Origin: Octopus vulgaris
Taxonomy: Eukaryota
Direction: 5' to 3'
Assembly: GCA_951406725.2 (NCBI GenBank)
Contig: OX597826.1
Coordinates: 66,464,001-66,528,000 of the forward strand
DNA length: 64,000 nucleotides
Position numbers and translations under genes: made by a program. Below are positions 41,907-54,169 of the stretch, piece by piece (the stretch's first letter is position 1; every line of letters starts with the position of its first letter). The notes beneath the pieces were generated by a model. The model saw nothing but the letters and a program-made list of their open reading frames with translations. It was not told the DNA's origin and did no database searches.

Positions 41907-42283
41907 TTATATAAAATCCGTTCTGTCGATCTGTGTGTGTGTGTGTGTCTTCTAGGATCTCTGGCATCCTCCATCCGATTGCGCTCAAATTTGATATGTA
42001 GATACCAACGGTATCAGGGCGTGTATAAGTCTTGAAAAAATTACAAAAATCGATTCCAGGTTGAGAATGCGATCGATAAAGCCATGGGAATGTGCATTTG
42101 TACGCGCAAGAACATCAGGTGTTGCGATCGCTACTACGCGTACGCGAGAAAAATGCACGTGCAGTTTGCGCATGAAAAGCCGGCTGGCTTGAAATAATGC
42201 CACAAAATGGGACGGTCGGACAAGTTGTTTTGAGAAAATTTGGTTTAAATGTTTGACAACTCAGCACCGTCCTTTTGCTCGTA
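41905..42283 (+). mobile_element. Non-autonomous Helitron-like element, copy 2
   Basis: Starts TATATAAAATCCGTTCTGTC; matches 12539-12890 except for a differing middle segment. Confidence 0.6.
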
Positions 42284-42679
42284 TATATATATATATATAT
42301 ATGTACACATATCTTTAGCATTTAACACCCCTCTCCCATAAATACTCTTTTTTTCTTTTTGAAGTTCCCTCTGCTTCCAACTCTAGTTTCTCTCCCTTTC
42401 TCTTCTCTCACTGCTTTCGTTCAGTTTTATAACTGCAATATCTTCTGTATTCTTTATCGTAATTTCTTATCGAGTAACCAACCCTAAAACCCCTAGAAGT
42501 CGAGATACTAATGTAAAAAGCATGTAATATAGGCCCAACTTCATATATAGGACATTTGGTGACATTTTTGGAGGGGAGGGGAAATTCTAGTCGCGTTTGC
42601 TCGTACATTTTTAACCTGTTTACGCCATCTATCTTCGAGGAGATATGCAGTTTCTCTTGTGAATTGATCTACATAAGAT

Positions 42680-43130
42680 GTGTTCGGATGACCTGGTCAA
42701 GTACGGCCATACTATGACATTCATAGCAGTAGGATTCTTGTCAGCTCTTGCTTAGCGCACCAGCAATGTCTAGCAAAGTGCAAGCGGCGTTCCCTTATAA
42801 TAGTGGAAATAGGCGGGAGATCTTCATACAGCTGTTTCTTGGTGGGATGAGTTCTCCAAGACATATTTAACATTTGTGTGTAAGTTTCATCTAGCTTGGA
42901 TTCTAGTTTTTTAGTAAGCGTCCAGGCTTTTGCTCCATATAAAAGGACTGGCTCTACTGTTGCACAGAAAAATTCCTCTTATGGTTGTCTGACAGGTTTG
43001 GTTTTCAGACAATATCGTGTTTGTTTAGGGCTGACCATGCTTTGGTCATTTTAACATTCTTTTCGGTTGAGGCTATTTCAGAACCGAAGTACATCAGCTT
43101 TCTTTGTTAATGGGGTCTCCACCGCTGATG
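42680..43130 (-). mobile_element. RTE-clade LINE remnant
   Basis: YFGSEIAST, KAWSALNK and ATVEPVLLYGAKAWTLTKKLESKLD. Confidence 0.75.
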
Positions 43131-43310
43131 TTGGCAATGGACCCTTGTTGATAGTGGAGCGAGTGCGTCTTAAATGCCATCAAATATGCTATATACCAAT
43201 GCTTCTCAAACTATCTGATATGGTGTACCGGCAGTTTTTTTTTTCAAATGTACCAGGGACCGGTAATATTTCTTAGTAATATTAATTTATACCGGAAACA
43301 ATATATATAA

Positions 43311-43625
43311 TTCTGTTGTGTCTGGGGAGAGTCATTTTCTTTTTGTGCCTTATAATATAACACACTTATCGATAAAATTTCCACTTTTTTCTTATTTTTA
43401 TTTTTCTAAAATTTTCGTTGCGTCTTGCGTCTTTTTCTTAAAAATTTTCGTTGCGTCTTGCGTCTTTTTCTTAAAAATAAGAAAAAAGTGGAAATTTTAT
43501 CGGTGAGTGTGTTATATTATAAGGCACAAAAAGAAAATGACTCTCCCCAGACACAACAGAATATGCTTCAACACACGAACTCATATAAAGAATCTTGCAA
43601 ACCAAATCCAAAAACGAAATATATA
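43311..43625. mobile_element. Family G fold-back copy
   Basis: 43311-43397 is inverted against 43473-43562. A 33-bp tandem duplication lies in the spacer. Same family as 1035-1240. Confidence 0.7.
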
Positions 43626-43627
43626 TC

Positions 43628-44008
43628 TCTCTATATATAAACGGCAGTTTGTCTGTGCGTGTTTCCGTGTGTCTGTTTGCTTGTACCCTCACCCTGACCA
43701 CGGCTTTCAACCGATTCTGATGAAACTTGACACACACATAGCCCAATGTCATAATTCAAAACTAACGCAGCGAAACTTTTGAAATGTTCCCCCAGTTCTG
43801 AAAAAAATTGATAAATTCGACATGGGGTCGAGAATCAGAAACACAAACCGCAAACTGTCTAGGGGACGCAACTCCACCTTTTTTAACTAAAAAAATTTTT
43901 ACCATCATTTTTTTTCCATTTTTTGGCTCTTTTTTTGCTATAACTCTCTAAAAATGCTTTATAGTTATTTCCCTTACAAACCTGAGCAACGCCGGGCGAT
44001 ACTGCTAG
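43628..44008 (+). mobile_element. Non-autonomous Helitron
   Basis: 5' TCTATATATAAA, a TGTC-rich stretch, 3' hairpin CCTGAGCAACGCCGGG, then CTAG followed by T. Confidence 0.75.
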
Positions 44009-44009
44009 T

Positions 44010-44230
44010 AATGAATATAATAATAGTTGACAATTTTTTTTTACCGTATATTTACTTTGTGAACAAATAATACAATATTACATCAGCATTTTATAATGTT
44101 TCTTTCTTTTCTGGAAATTCGTCGAGCACTGATGGCTCGCGGACCAGTGGCTGATGGCTCGCGGACCAGTGGCTGATGGCTCGCGGACCGGCATCGGTCC
44201 GCGGACCACCACACTGAATAACACTAGTCT
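44010..44230 (+). mobile_element. hAT-type MITE end; second diverged copy at 44714-44862
   Basis: GGTCCGCGGACCACCACACTGAATAACACT terminus. Internal ~21-bp tandem CTGATGGCTCGCGGACCAGTGG x3. Confidence 0.55.
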
Positions 44231-44304
44231 AAGCTTAGAGAGTATACGACCAATGTGTCCAGACAAATTATTTACAATTTTAAAAATCTTATCTTTCTCT
44301 CTTT

Positions 44305-44517
44305 CTCTTTTTACTTATTTCAGTCATTTGACTGCGGCCATGCTGGAGCACCGCCTTTAGTCGAGCAAATCGACCCCGGGACTTATTCTTTTTTGTAAGC
44401 CCAGTACTTATTCTATCGGTCTCTTTTGCCGAACCGCTAAGTGACGGGGACGTAAACACACCAGCATCGGTTGTCAAGCAATGCTAGGGGGACAAACACA
44501 GACACACAAACACATAT

Positions 44518-44550
<33 letters not shown>

Positions 44551-44713
44551 CGACAGGCTTCTTTCAGTTTCCCTCTACCAAATCCACTCACAAGGCATTG
44601 GTCGGCCCGGGGCTATAGCAGAAGACACTTGCCCAAGATGCCACGCAGTGGGACTGAACCCGGAACCATGTGGTTGGTTAGCAAGCTACTTACCACACAG
44701 CCACTCCTGCGCC
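44305..44713 (-). mobile_element. SINE family B, young full copy
   Basis: Near-identical reverse complement of 6315-6740. Confidence 0.9.
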
Positions 44714-45243
44714 TTATATTTATTTTGTAAACAAATATTACAATATTTCATAAGCATTTTATAAGCGTTTTATGTTTCTTTTCTGGAAACTCACCACGTA
44801 CCGGCAGTTGGTGGCTCGCGGACCGGCACCGGTCCGTGAACCACCACTTTAAGTAACATTGCTATATACCATCTTTATCGTTTTTTTTTTTTTGGAGTTA
44901 TTTTTTTCCACAAATTACTTTTCCATGCTCTTTCTCTCCATTGCATAGACTGCCATGAGCGGACGTGATTATTAGCACTTTTCACTTCGTATTATTTCTA
45001 TTTCTCTTACATTCATATTCTCTTTTTTTTTTTGTGTATTTCCAGTGCGATTTCAAAGGCTTTGTTCATATCCTTCTTACCGTTCGACTTTGATCATAAT
45101 GTCTGGGTTATTAAACATTTTCTTTTCTTTTTATGGGCTTTTCATTTTTGTTCACACAATGTTTCTCTATTTCTCATGCTAGACTAGTCAATTGTTTTCC
45201 AGCAGACAGTTTCTTACGTAATTATTATTGTTGTTGTTGTTGT

Positions 45244-45279
<36 letters not shown>

Positions 45280-45408
45280 TATTGTTGTTGTTGTTGTTGT
45301 TGTTATTATTATTATTATCATTATTATTATCATTACTATTATTATTATTACTACTATTATTATTATTATTATTATTATGATTATTATTATTATGATTATT
45401 ACTATTAC

Positions 45409-45457
<49 letters not shown>

Positions 45458-45529
45458 GAGTGAGAGAACAGTGCATGCCATCAAAGTGACACTGGGGTAA
45501 AATATACGAAGCCCAGTATACCCATCATG

Positions 45530-45572
<43 letters not shown>

Positions 45573-45782
45573 TTGTTGTTGTTGTTGTTCGTCTACTTCG
45601 TCTGTGTTATTCGTTTCAAGTTGTTACAAAAGTGCAGAAGCACACATTATCAACATTTCAAGCAGTTCAGGACTTTCGAACCAGATCTCATTAGACTTAT
45701 TAATTTTCATTATTTTTCACTATCTTTCCGTCTGTTAAAAAAAAAAAAATAAAGGCCTTGTACGACTGTTTACGTAGTCTCC

Positions 45783-45878
45783 ATCTCTCCACCTATACAC
45801 CTCTTTCTTTCTTTCTTTCTTTCTTCATTCCTTTCTTTCTTTCATCCTTTCTTTCTTTCTTTCTTTCTTTCTTTCGTC

Positions 45879-45949
<71 letters not shown>

Positions 45950-45983
45950 TCATTCTTTCTTCCTTTCTTTCTTTCCTTCCTTC

Positions 45984-46069
<86 letters not shown>

Positions 46070-46070
46070 C
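45783..46070. repeat. (TTTC)n microsatellite
   Basis: Seen directly. Many other (TA)n, (CA)n, (TATC)n, (TACA)n, (AAT)n, (AAG)n and (GA)n tracts occur throughout. Confidence 0.95.
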
Positions 46071-47046
46071 ATCACTTGATTAATTCACATTAAGAAGATA
46101 GATTCTCTCTGATATTTGATCCTTTTTTTTTTTTGGTTTTGTCCCCACCACTTAGAATTCTATATTCATAATTAATATTCATTATTTTCTCTTCTGCCTA
46201 ACTTCTCGGTTTAAAAAAAAAAAATACTACTACATTATCTCCGCCACTACTTTCCACAATGCCTATTACGTTACGCTCCCCCTTTGCAACTAGCACCGTG
46301 ACGTCAGATTTACTACAAGGTTGTCCCTACAAGACTATCATATCCATCCACAAAACTTACAAAGAGTATTGTTTATCTTTGCCCATGACTCCAAACATAA
46401 ATTAGGTGAAGGGCACTCGTAATTATCTCGATTTCAGATACACAAACATACTCTATAACTTTATAACTCCTTCAGATTAGCTGAAGAAAAAGTGAGAAAA
46501 ATTCGTGTGCACATCAGATTCTTTCTCTCCTTCTTACACGATATTCCTAGCGGCGAGAGATAAAGTCAGCACCACATAATAACGTGATAAAGTCAGGACC
46601 AACTCAATAATACGCTCCTCGTCCACATCTGGTCTATCATCTATCAACCAATCCTGTCTGGGTTTCTGTAAGGAAACCTTGAGTGCACTAACAGTACGTT
46701 TCTATATCGCGTTGTGGAAGTAAGCCACCTAATGTTCTTAAAGAACTTTAACTACTCAGTACTCCACTTCTCATCAAGGTCTAGTCTGTGACGGGAAGTT
46801 CGTTTCCCTTCAGAATTCCAGTAGACATGGATGGAACAAAGTTTGGGCTACGTTTGTAGACAGTTACCTCCCTTGAAACTAGTTGTCTCATCCATTGGCC
46901 ACTGGATGGCGCACGTCGTGGTGTTACATTATAGGAGAATTACATCTATAGCTTTTGGACGGCGCAACCAAAGCGATTCGACGTATTTTCTTCCTACTGT
47001 GATTCCAAGTGATGTAACGGATAAAAACATAACCACCTCTTATGTA

Positions 47047-47569
47047 CCGTAAATCTTCCAGTGTAGTCCGCCCTTGAATATAATACGCAGGGGATTTTTA
47101 TGGGTCTGTACCTCTGAAAAATCTAAACCTTGTGTATAATACGCACCCCTTCTCTAACTTGAGGCGTGCGTAATTAAGCCAGCAGCACCAAGTCGAACAA
47201 ACACTTCCGCGCATGCGTAATACAATAATGGTGATGTTCTTAACTGTTATATGGGAATGTAAATATGTTTGCAAATTGTTTTTGTTACATGTTATTCTGT
47301 GTTCTGAATACTTTTATTCTAATAAATGTTGCTTACTGCAAGTTATGGACGATTCTTTTATGACTTCATTGCTTTCAGGCTTAGCTTAAGGTATTTTTGC
47401 GCCCGACATCACAAAATGCGTCTGAATAAACATTGCCGGACAGCAAATAGAGACTCAGACATTGCTTAGAAAATAATTTTCATTTTTAAACCTCTTATAT
47501 AGTACGCACTAGGGATTTTGACCTTTAAATTTTGGGAAAAAAGTGCGGATTATACTCGAGGATTTACGA
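47047..47569. mobile_element. Tc1/mariner-superfamily (pogo/Tigger-like) MITE
   Basis: TA-CCGTAAATCTTCCAGTGTAGTCCGC ... GCGGATTATACTCGAGGATTTACGA-TA imperfect TIRs with subterminal repeats. Confidence 0.7.
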
Positions 47570-47722
47570 TACTTTAATAGAGTGCTTTTAACTCGTTATT
47601 CAATTTTCTTTCCCGTGTGCTACGCCGCAGCACATCAGCAAATATGATGCTTTCACTTTGCATATAAGTTGCTGTCCTGCGACTCTCTTCTTTCCGAGAT
47701 GATCCGAGTACATGGTATTGAT

Positions 47723-47954
47723 AAGGCGGCGAGCTGGCAGAAACGTTAGCACGCCGGGCGAAATGCTTAGCGGTATTTCGTCTGCGTTACGTTGTGAGTT
47801 CAAATTCCGCCGAGGTCGACTTTGCCTTTCATCCTTTCGGGGTCGATAAATTAAGTACCAGTTACGCACTGGGGTCGATGTAATCGACTTAATACCTATG
47901 TCTGTCCTTGTTTGTCCCCTCTGTGTTTAGCCCCTTGTGGGTAATAAAGAAATA
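47723..47954 (+). mobile_element. tRNA-headed SINE family A, full length with target-site duplication
   Basis: A box TGGCAGAAACG, B box GAGTTCAAATTCC, central GCCTTTCATCCTTTCGGGGTCGATAAA. GGTATTGATAAG duplicated at 47714 and 47955. Confidence 0.9.
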
Positions 47955-48927
47955 GGTATTGATAAGCTACGATAATGACAAAATATAGGTATCTACCATT
48001 CACAGTGATTCTGAGGTGAGCTGTCTCATGGTCTGTGACATGTAGCATCATGTAGGAAGTTTTACCCGGAGCACCATGTAGTATCATGTAAGGAGGTTTA
48101 CCCAGACGCTATAACGCAGCAAATTTGGCGTATAAACAAAATACATACATTATGTATGTGCGACCTATAATTTTTGCATAATGGATATGATATGAGGTGG
48201 ATCTTTACCTTTTGACCTACAGATTTAAAAAATATTTTTTTGTAACTAAACACTTTCAAACCTCGGACATTGGTAGAATGTGTCATATAAAACACCTTTT
48301 ACTCTCAGCATTTTTGAGAAAAACTTATATTTACGAAGTAATTTCACGTGAAAGTAGTTCTATTTGGATAATTTCAACTAATCAATGACGTGTATTCAGC
48401 TGAATAAAATTACTGCCGTTGTTTGTCAACAAGAACTTCTGGCGGTGTATTTTTCGTTTGTCACCCTAGCCCTAAAGCCCTAACCCTAAAACCCTAACTC
48501 TAAAACCTTAAAGCTAAAACCAGTACAAACGCACGAACGATGTCATTTTTTTTCATAACAGGTCAAGCGACCTCATAAAGGCTGTGTTGTTGTAGATGAG
48601 GCTGGCGTAGAGACATGTGAAATAGTCAGGAATAGAAAACTACGAGTTTCGGTCTGGTTAAGAGCAGTGGCATATAATGGTTGCTGTCACTGTGAGATGT
48701 CGTACTGATTCTAAATGTTCTGGTATAATTATCAACATACAAACGTAGGGCTGTTTCTATATATAATACGACTTCAGTATGTGCTAATCTTTGTTTCGAT
48801 AAGATTTCAGCCTGATTTAGTTTGTGTATTAATAGATTTGAGAATAAATCATGATCAGATTAGGTCATGATACTACCAAAACAGAATTATTATTATTATT
48901 ATTATTGTTATTGTTATTATTATTATT

Positions 48928-49249
48928 ATTCTATGTTTGACTTTTGCTTTATGTCTGTACAAGTTGGCTCCAAGTCTCACCGAGAGACTTCAAGAGACAA
49001 CAGGTTAGAAGTTCTATGCCATATATTTGGGTTTTTTTTTGTGTTGTACTAGTGAATGTCTAATACATAAAAATAAAAAATAAACAAAAAAATAAATAAA
49101 TAAACAAAAAAAGTTTGTTTTAAACCTTGGGATTACATAGAGAGTATTTTGCGTAGGATATGAGCAGTCCCCATCAGCACTATCTTTTGAATTTCTGCCA
49201 TTTTGGGGTTTCCTGGTATCTGAGTTAGGTAGCAATCAGTCCCTTTCGC

Positions 49250-49250
<1 letters not shown>
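48928..49250 (-). mobile_element. R4/Dong-type extreme 3' end
   Basis: Minus strand EIQKIVLMGTAHILRKILSM*. 3' UTR shared with 54950-55065; lies in (TAA)n. Confidence 0.7.
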
Positions 49251-49292
<42 letters not shown>

Positions 49293-49293
49293 T

Positions 49294-49510
49294 AAGGCGG
49301 CGAGCTGGCAGAATCATTAGCACGCTAGATGAAATGCTTAGCGGTATTTCGCCCGTCGCTGCGTTCTGAGGTCAATTTCCGCCGAGCTCGACTTTGCCTT
49401 TCATCCTTTCGGGTCGATAAATTATGTACCAGTTGCGTACTGCGGTCGATGTAATCGATTAGTCCTCTCCCATAAAATTTAGTCCTTGTGCCTTTAGTAG
49501 AAAAGGATTA
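49294..49510 (+). mobile_element. SINE family A
   Basis: Family A consensus motifs. Confidence 0.85.
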
Positions 49511-49539
49511 TAACAAAATATAACATCTTTTGTGTTTTT

Positions 49540-49870
49540 GCAGCACTCCCCGTGTACATATAGTGCATACGCCCTTGGTTAAGAGAGTTCTTAGGGAGAT
49601 AAAGGTACGAGATCAGGGCATCTTAGGCAACGTCTAACTAGGGATAAGAGGAGTTTCTTGTCAAAGGGTCATATAAATTTGTGTTCGTTCTGGAAGAGAG
49701 TGGGGAAAATTGTGTAACGATTGATAATGCATTAGGATCGGCAATTTTAAACAAAATTGCGGAAGCTGAGGGAAATAGTTCGTTTGATAGAAGGGCAGCC
49801 GGGTGGAAAATGAAGAACAATGGGGGATTCGGTCCTTAGGTGTGGGAGTATGTTTGGTAAGAATCTATCA
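49540..49870 (-). pseudogene. Penelope-like element ORF remnant (RT to GIY-YIG linker)
   Basis: Frameshifted peptides KDRIP..FHPAAL and FSPLSSRTNTNLYDPLTRN resemble the recalled PLE motifs RIPLVLTYHP and PLxSFRRNKNLRDxLVRS. Confidence 0.45.
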
Positions 49871-50518
49871 GGAGTACAAGGGTACTGATGATAGGTCAGG
49901 CATGGTACAGTTCAAGATCAACGACTAATAGATAATGCGTTCGATTAGAGTAAACAAATTGCCGTAGTTGTTTGATCCAATTAAGTCTCAATCGAGAAGT
50001 CGTACGATTGATCAACAGTAATCCAGCCACGACCATCTCTTCTTGTTATTTATCAAAAATTACACTGTCCGATGTAACTCCTCTCCCTCCCTCCCCCCAA
50101 GACAATGGGGCTGTGATCTGAGTGAGTTTTGCCTGCTATTTCTAGCAAGTCTTGAGACAGCCTACAGCTGTGTTTACATACTTATGTCACTAATACTGTA
50201 ATGTGCATACACATATCAGTATAACTGTCTATGTATTTATGTGTGCGTATTTATATGTCAGTGGTACTGCTTCTATACAAGCATGTGTCAGTAAACTATG
50301 TGTATCTATGTGTCATTAGTACGGTGTTCATATACTTATGTCAGTAGTACTGTATGAATGTTTGTGTTACTTTCGGTACTCATGCACCTAGCTTACATAT
50401 ATCAGATCTGGTTCTCATTAGGTTTTCACTTACACAATCATAGAAATACTAAATCACTTACTCACTCTTACACAACACTCGATAACTCTTTCTCTCTCTT
50501 TCTCTTTCTGTTTCGCTT

Positions 50519-50555
<37 letters not shown>

Positions 50556-50674
50556 TGCACACGCACACGCACACACTCATTAACATTTCCTCTTAGTCAC
50601 ACACACTTGCACATACAATCTTCACCCCCTCTCACTTTCTCTCTCAGCTCTTCCCCGGATGTACGAGAAAAATC

Positions 50675-50712
50675 TTGTACTACAACATTGGCTGATGCGA
50701 TTGGCGCCGCCC
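50675..50712 (-). promoter_or_regulatory. Possible GC-box plus two CCAAT boxes
   Basis: Minus strand GGGCGGCGCCAATCGCATCAGCCAATG in a short unique GC-rich island. Confidence 0.25.
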
Positions 50713-50754
50713 ATTCACGCCTCCTGTGACACACACATACACACACACACACGC

Positions 50755-50804
<50 letters not shown>

Positions 50805-51420
50805 ACGCACACACACACACACACATGTGCGCATATATGAAGAACATCCTTTCTTTTCAACATGTATTGAAAGTGCGTTTTTTTTCTAGTTTTTTTTTTA
50901 GTCTTCCTTGTTTTATCGAAAAAGAAAGTTTTATAAATTTTCAAATTGAATTTCTTACGATTTAAAAAATTTGATTGCAACTATTAATTCTGTAAACTTT
51001 GCGATTTTAAGTAATTACATTGGTTTCAAATTTTGTCACAAGGCCAGCTATTTCAGGAGACACCTCAGGGCTCAACTGGTACATTTTTCGTCGTCCCTGA
51101 AAAGATAAAAGACAAACTCGAATTCGAGGGAAATGTGAACTCAGAAAGAAAAGACAGACGAAACGCCACTATGCGCTTTGCCTGATCTGTTAACGATTCA
51201 GGCCAGCTTGCTGCTTTAATTTAAGCATTTTTATTGCTCAAACATGGGATCCGGGGACCCCATGGGTCTAGGGTGCCAATTCTGATCTATGTGTGTTGTA
51301 TATTGCTGTCAATAAGTAAATACTATAGGATCCAGTGCACCAACTTGCTCGGTGGTTATGATGCTACTAAGACGGCTCTGATGCCAACTCTTTTCTGACT
51401 TATGAAAATGAATTGGGCAA

Positions 51421-51470
<50 letters not shown>

Positions 51471-51544
51471 ACACACACACACACATACACAAACACACAC
51501 AGAGGCACACACAGTCACTCACACATGCGCGCGCGCAAATATAT

Positions 51545-51750
51545 TCCAAATTTGCAGAAGACAAAAAAAAAACGAAGACAGTGAAGGAACAACAAGCAGG
51601 TATATAAGTTTAACGCTCAGGAAGAATGGAAAAGTCATTGACGTTTCGAGCCTACGTTTTTCAACAGATAGGAATGAAAGGGGGAAAAAACTTAGAGAGC
51701 AAAAAAACAATATGGCGAGAGAAAAAATCTGTAGGGATTAACGGTTCAAC
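51545..51750 (-). mobile_element. Family D-related older element with HHR variant
   Basis: Minus strand CTGTTGA-AAAACgtagGCTC-GAAACGTC, then CCTGAGCGTT as in family D. Related to 62620-62805. Confidence 0.5.
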
Positions 51751-51767
51751 ATGATGTATATAATAAT

Positions 51768-51841
<74 letters not shown>

Positions 51842-51843
<2 letters not shown>

Positions 51844-52388
51844 GCCCTGATGCAGTACCAGGCAGTGGCTCTCATGGCTTCTGATCTTAACTGATTGGAA
51901 GTGTTATCATGTACATTGTTTTGTCTTTGTATAAAAGATGGGCTACAGCAAATATTCTGCTCAATACCACAGATTTGCTTGTCAGTTGTTTGACCTTAAC
52001 CAGTTGAGCATGCCCCTTAGTGGCTGACGATATGTGCATCTCTGATCACGAGCAGAAGTAGTGGGGGAGCATGTGTTGAGAAGAATTCTTTGGGGTTTGA
52101 ATAATTCACCTCTAGAAACATAGGTGTTTCGTTCAACGTCCTTAAACAACCCTTATTCAGGGACCTTTTGAGCGGGATGGGTTACTCGATCTGAAGAAAA
52201 TTCTAACTGGGCTCCACCTGCAAGGTCATGTGCTGTTTATCTTGATATGAGATCACCATGTCGCGCACATATGGTTGTGATGCATGTGCCTGGTGTACCC
52301 TTATCAGACGGGTAGTCATGATGGGTATACTGGGCTTCGTATATTTTACCCCAGTGTCACTTTGATGGCATGCTCTGCTCGCTCACTC
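51842..52388 (+). mobile_element. Family F ~550-bp non-coding element in (AAT)n
   Basis: Reverse complement of 15514-16060. A one-end-only copy is at 45458-45532. Confidence 0.8.
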
Positions 52389-52409
52389 AATAATAATAAT
52401 AATAATAAT

Positions 52410-52560
52410 ACACTACTAGGCACTGCACACATGCTACGCAGAACACTTTCCATACAATAACCATCAGAGCATCACAACAAATCACAGCACATACCCAAGA
52501 CACACAGAGCTGCGCTCGGTAGTGAAGTGAAAGCACACTATAAAAAAATAAAACTACTGA
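52410..52560 (+). mobile_element. R4/Dong-type extreme 3' end
   Basis: LLGTAHMLRRTLSIQ* plus 3' UTR, between (AAT)n tracts. Confidence 0.65.
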
Positions 52561-52757
52561 ATAATAATAATAATAATATGAGGGAACATTATTCCAAACT
52601 TACAGGGAAAAATTCAATTTAGAAATACTAAATCAAATTTCACAAAATATAATATATATATGTATAAATTAGAAAAAAACACCTTTTATCAATTCAACAA
52701 TGAAAAAATGGAATTGTATCAAATTTAATTTTTTCATTGTTGAATTGATATGTGTTT

Positions 52758-52815
<58 letters not shown>

Positions 52816-52821
52816 TGTACG

Positions 52822-52857
<36 letters not shown>

Positions 52858-52873
52858 TGTATGTATCTCTCTG

Positions 52874-52939
<66 letters not shown>

Positions 52940-52988
52940 AATCTATCTACCTTATATAATTCTTGTACGAATTCCCTGTAAGGAGAAA

Positions 52989-53032
52989 CTGCACTGATGA
53001 TGACCTTACGGATTCAAAGCGTACGTGTGCAG
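52989..53032 (+). ncRNA. Degenerate hammerhead motif
   Basis: CTGCA-CTGATGA-tgaccttacggattc-AAAG-CGTACG-TG-TGCAG. Stem I CTGCA/TGCAG perfect, palindromic stem III, GAAA and GUH mutated. Confidence 0.5.
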
Positions 53033-53534
53033 ATCAATAGAACTTCAAGTAGGTTAATCGAGTCAGCTTTTGAATTTATTTTTCTCACCTTTTGAATTTA
53101 TTTTCAAATTTTCTAAAAAAAAAAAAAAAAAGAAAAGAAAAAGAGAAGCTAGCTTTAAAATGTTAACAAAATAAATTTATTGCTTTAGTAAAGAAGTGAA
53201 TAAAAAAACAGCAGAATGTATTGTGTGCAAAAGAATTTCAGTCTCAATCTGAAGTCCTTCGTGTTTCGCTATATCTGGCGGACATCATTAATCACAAACG
53301 ATTTGTGTCTTCCAGTGTAAGGGTAAAAACGTTGATATTCTATATATTTCTGTATAAGCATTAATTCGGAACTGCGTATTCGTTCTGTCGCAACTCTTAT
53401 TCATCTTCTTGATACCGCAGAAATAGTGAATAAAGTCTTAGTTCTGAGAATTTAATTATACTCTGCTACATGTTATTGTCTTTATTCATTCCTTTCCTAT
53501 ACAAAACGTATGTGTGTATGTACATATGTTCGTA

Positions 53535-53616
<82 letters not shown>

Positions 53617-53620
53617 TGTG

Positions 53621-53658
<38 letters not shown>

Positions 53659-53669
53659 TATGTATGTGT

Positions 53670-53850
53670 ATACCAATGAGCACGGAAAGAAGACAATGTC
53701 GGAGAAACAAATTTTAACAAACGCATTTGTTTAACGCTTAAAATGGGGTAAAAGGTCTTGATGTTTCGGATACTAGTCCTTCATTCAAAGAAAGCTGGAA
53801 AAGAGAAATCAAAAGGATGAGAAAAGGTAGTTGGAAAATGTATACAAGTA
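53670..53850 (-). mobile_element. Old family D-related element with decayed HHR
   Basis: Minus strand TCTT-TGAATGA-A-GGActagtaTCC-GAAACATC-AAGA (53756-53792). Flanks resemble 51545-51750. Confidence 0.4.
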
Positions 53851-54169
53851 TGTTTATTTATGTATATGTCTGTGTGTGTGTGTGTGTGTGTGTATGTGTG
53901 TCTGTGTGAGTGTGTGTGTCTGTATGCGTGTATGTGTGTGTGTATATATTTTATGTGTTTGTGTATATATATGTATATTTGTGTGTGTGTTTATGTGTAT
54001 GTAAGTATGTATCGTTTAGGGATAGTCTACAAATCTAGACGAGAATTTTCTTCTATCTCTTCCAGTGTCTGAAAATGGTAATCGTCCAGAGTAAATTTCG
54101 GTTAGAAAACTGGATTCATCTCCTAATTTGACAAAAAGCCATGAATAAGCAATGACACCTAAGAAGTGG

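Noticed and set aside
43715-43730. CTGATGAAAC (also CTGATGA at 58150 and 13026)
   Set aside because: No stem II or stem I pairing; the first is part of a Helitron body.
46270-47040. Possible decayed R2/NeSL-type LINE on the minus strand
   Set aside because: Only faint motif traces; cannot be supported without a translated search.
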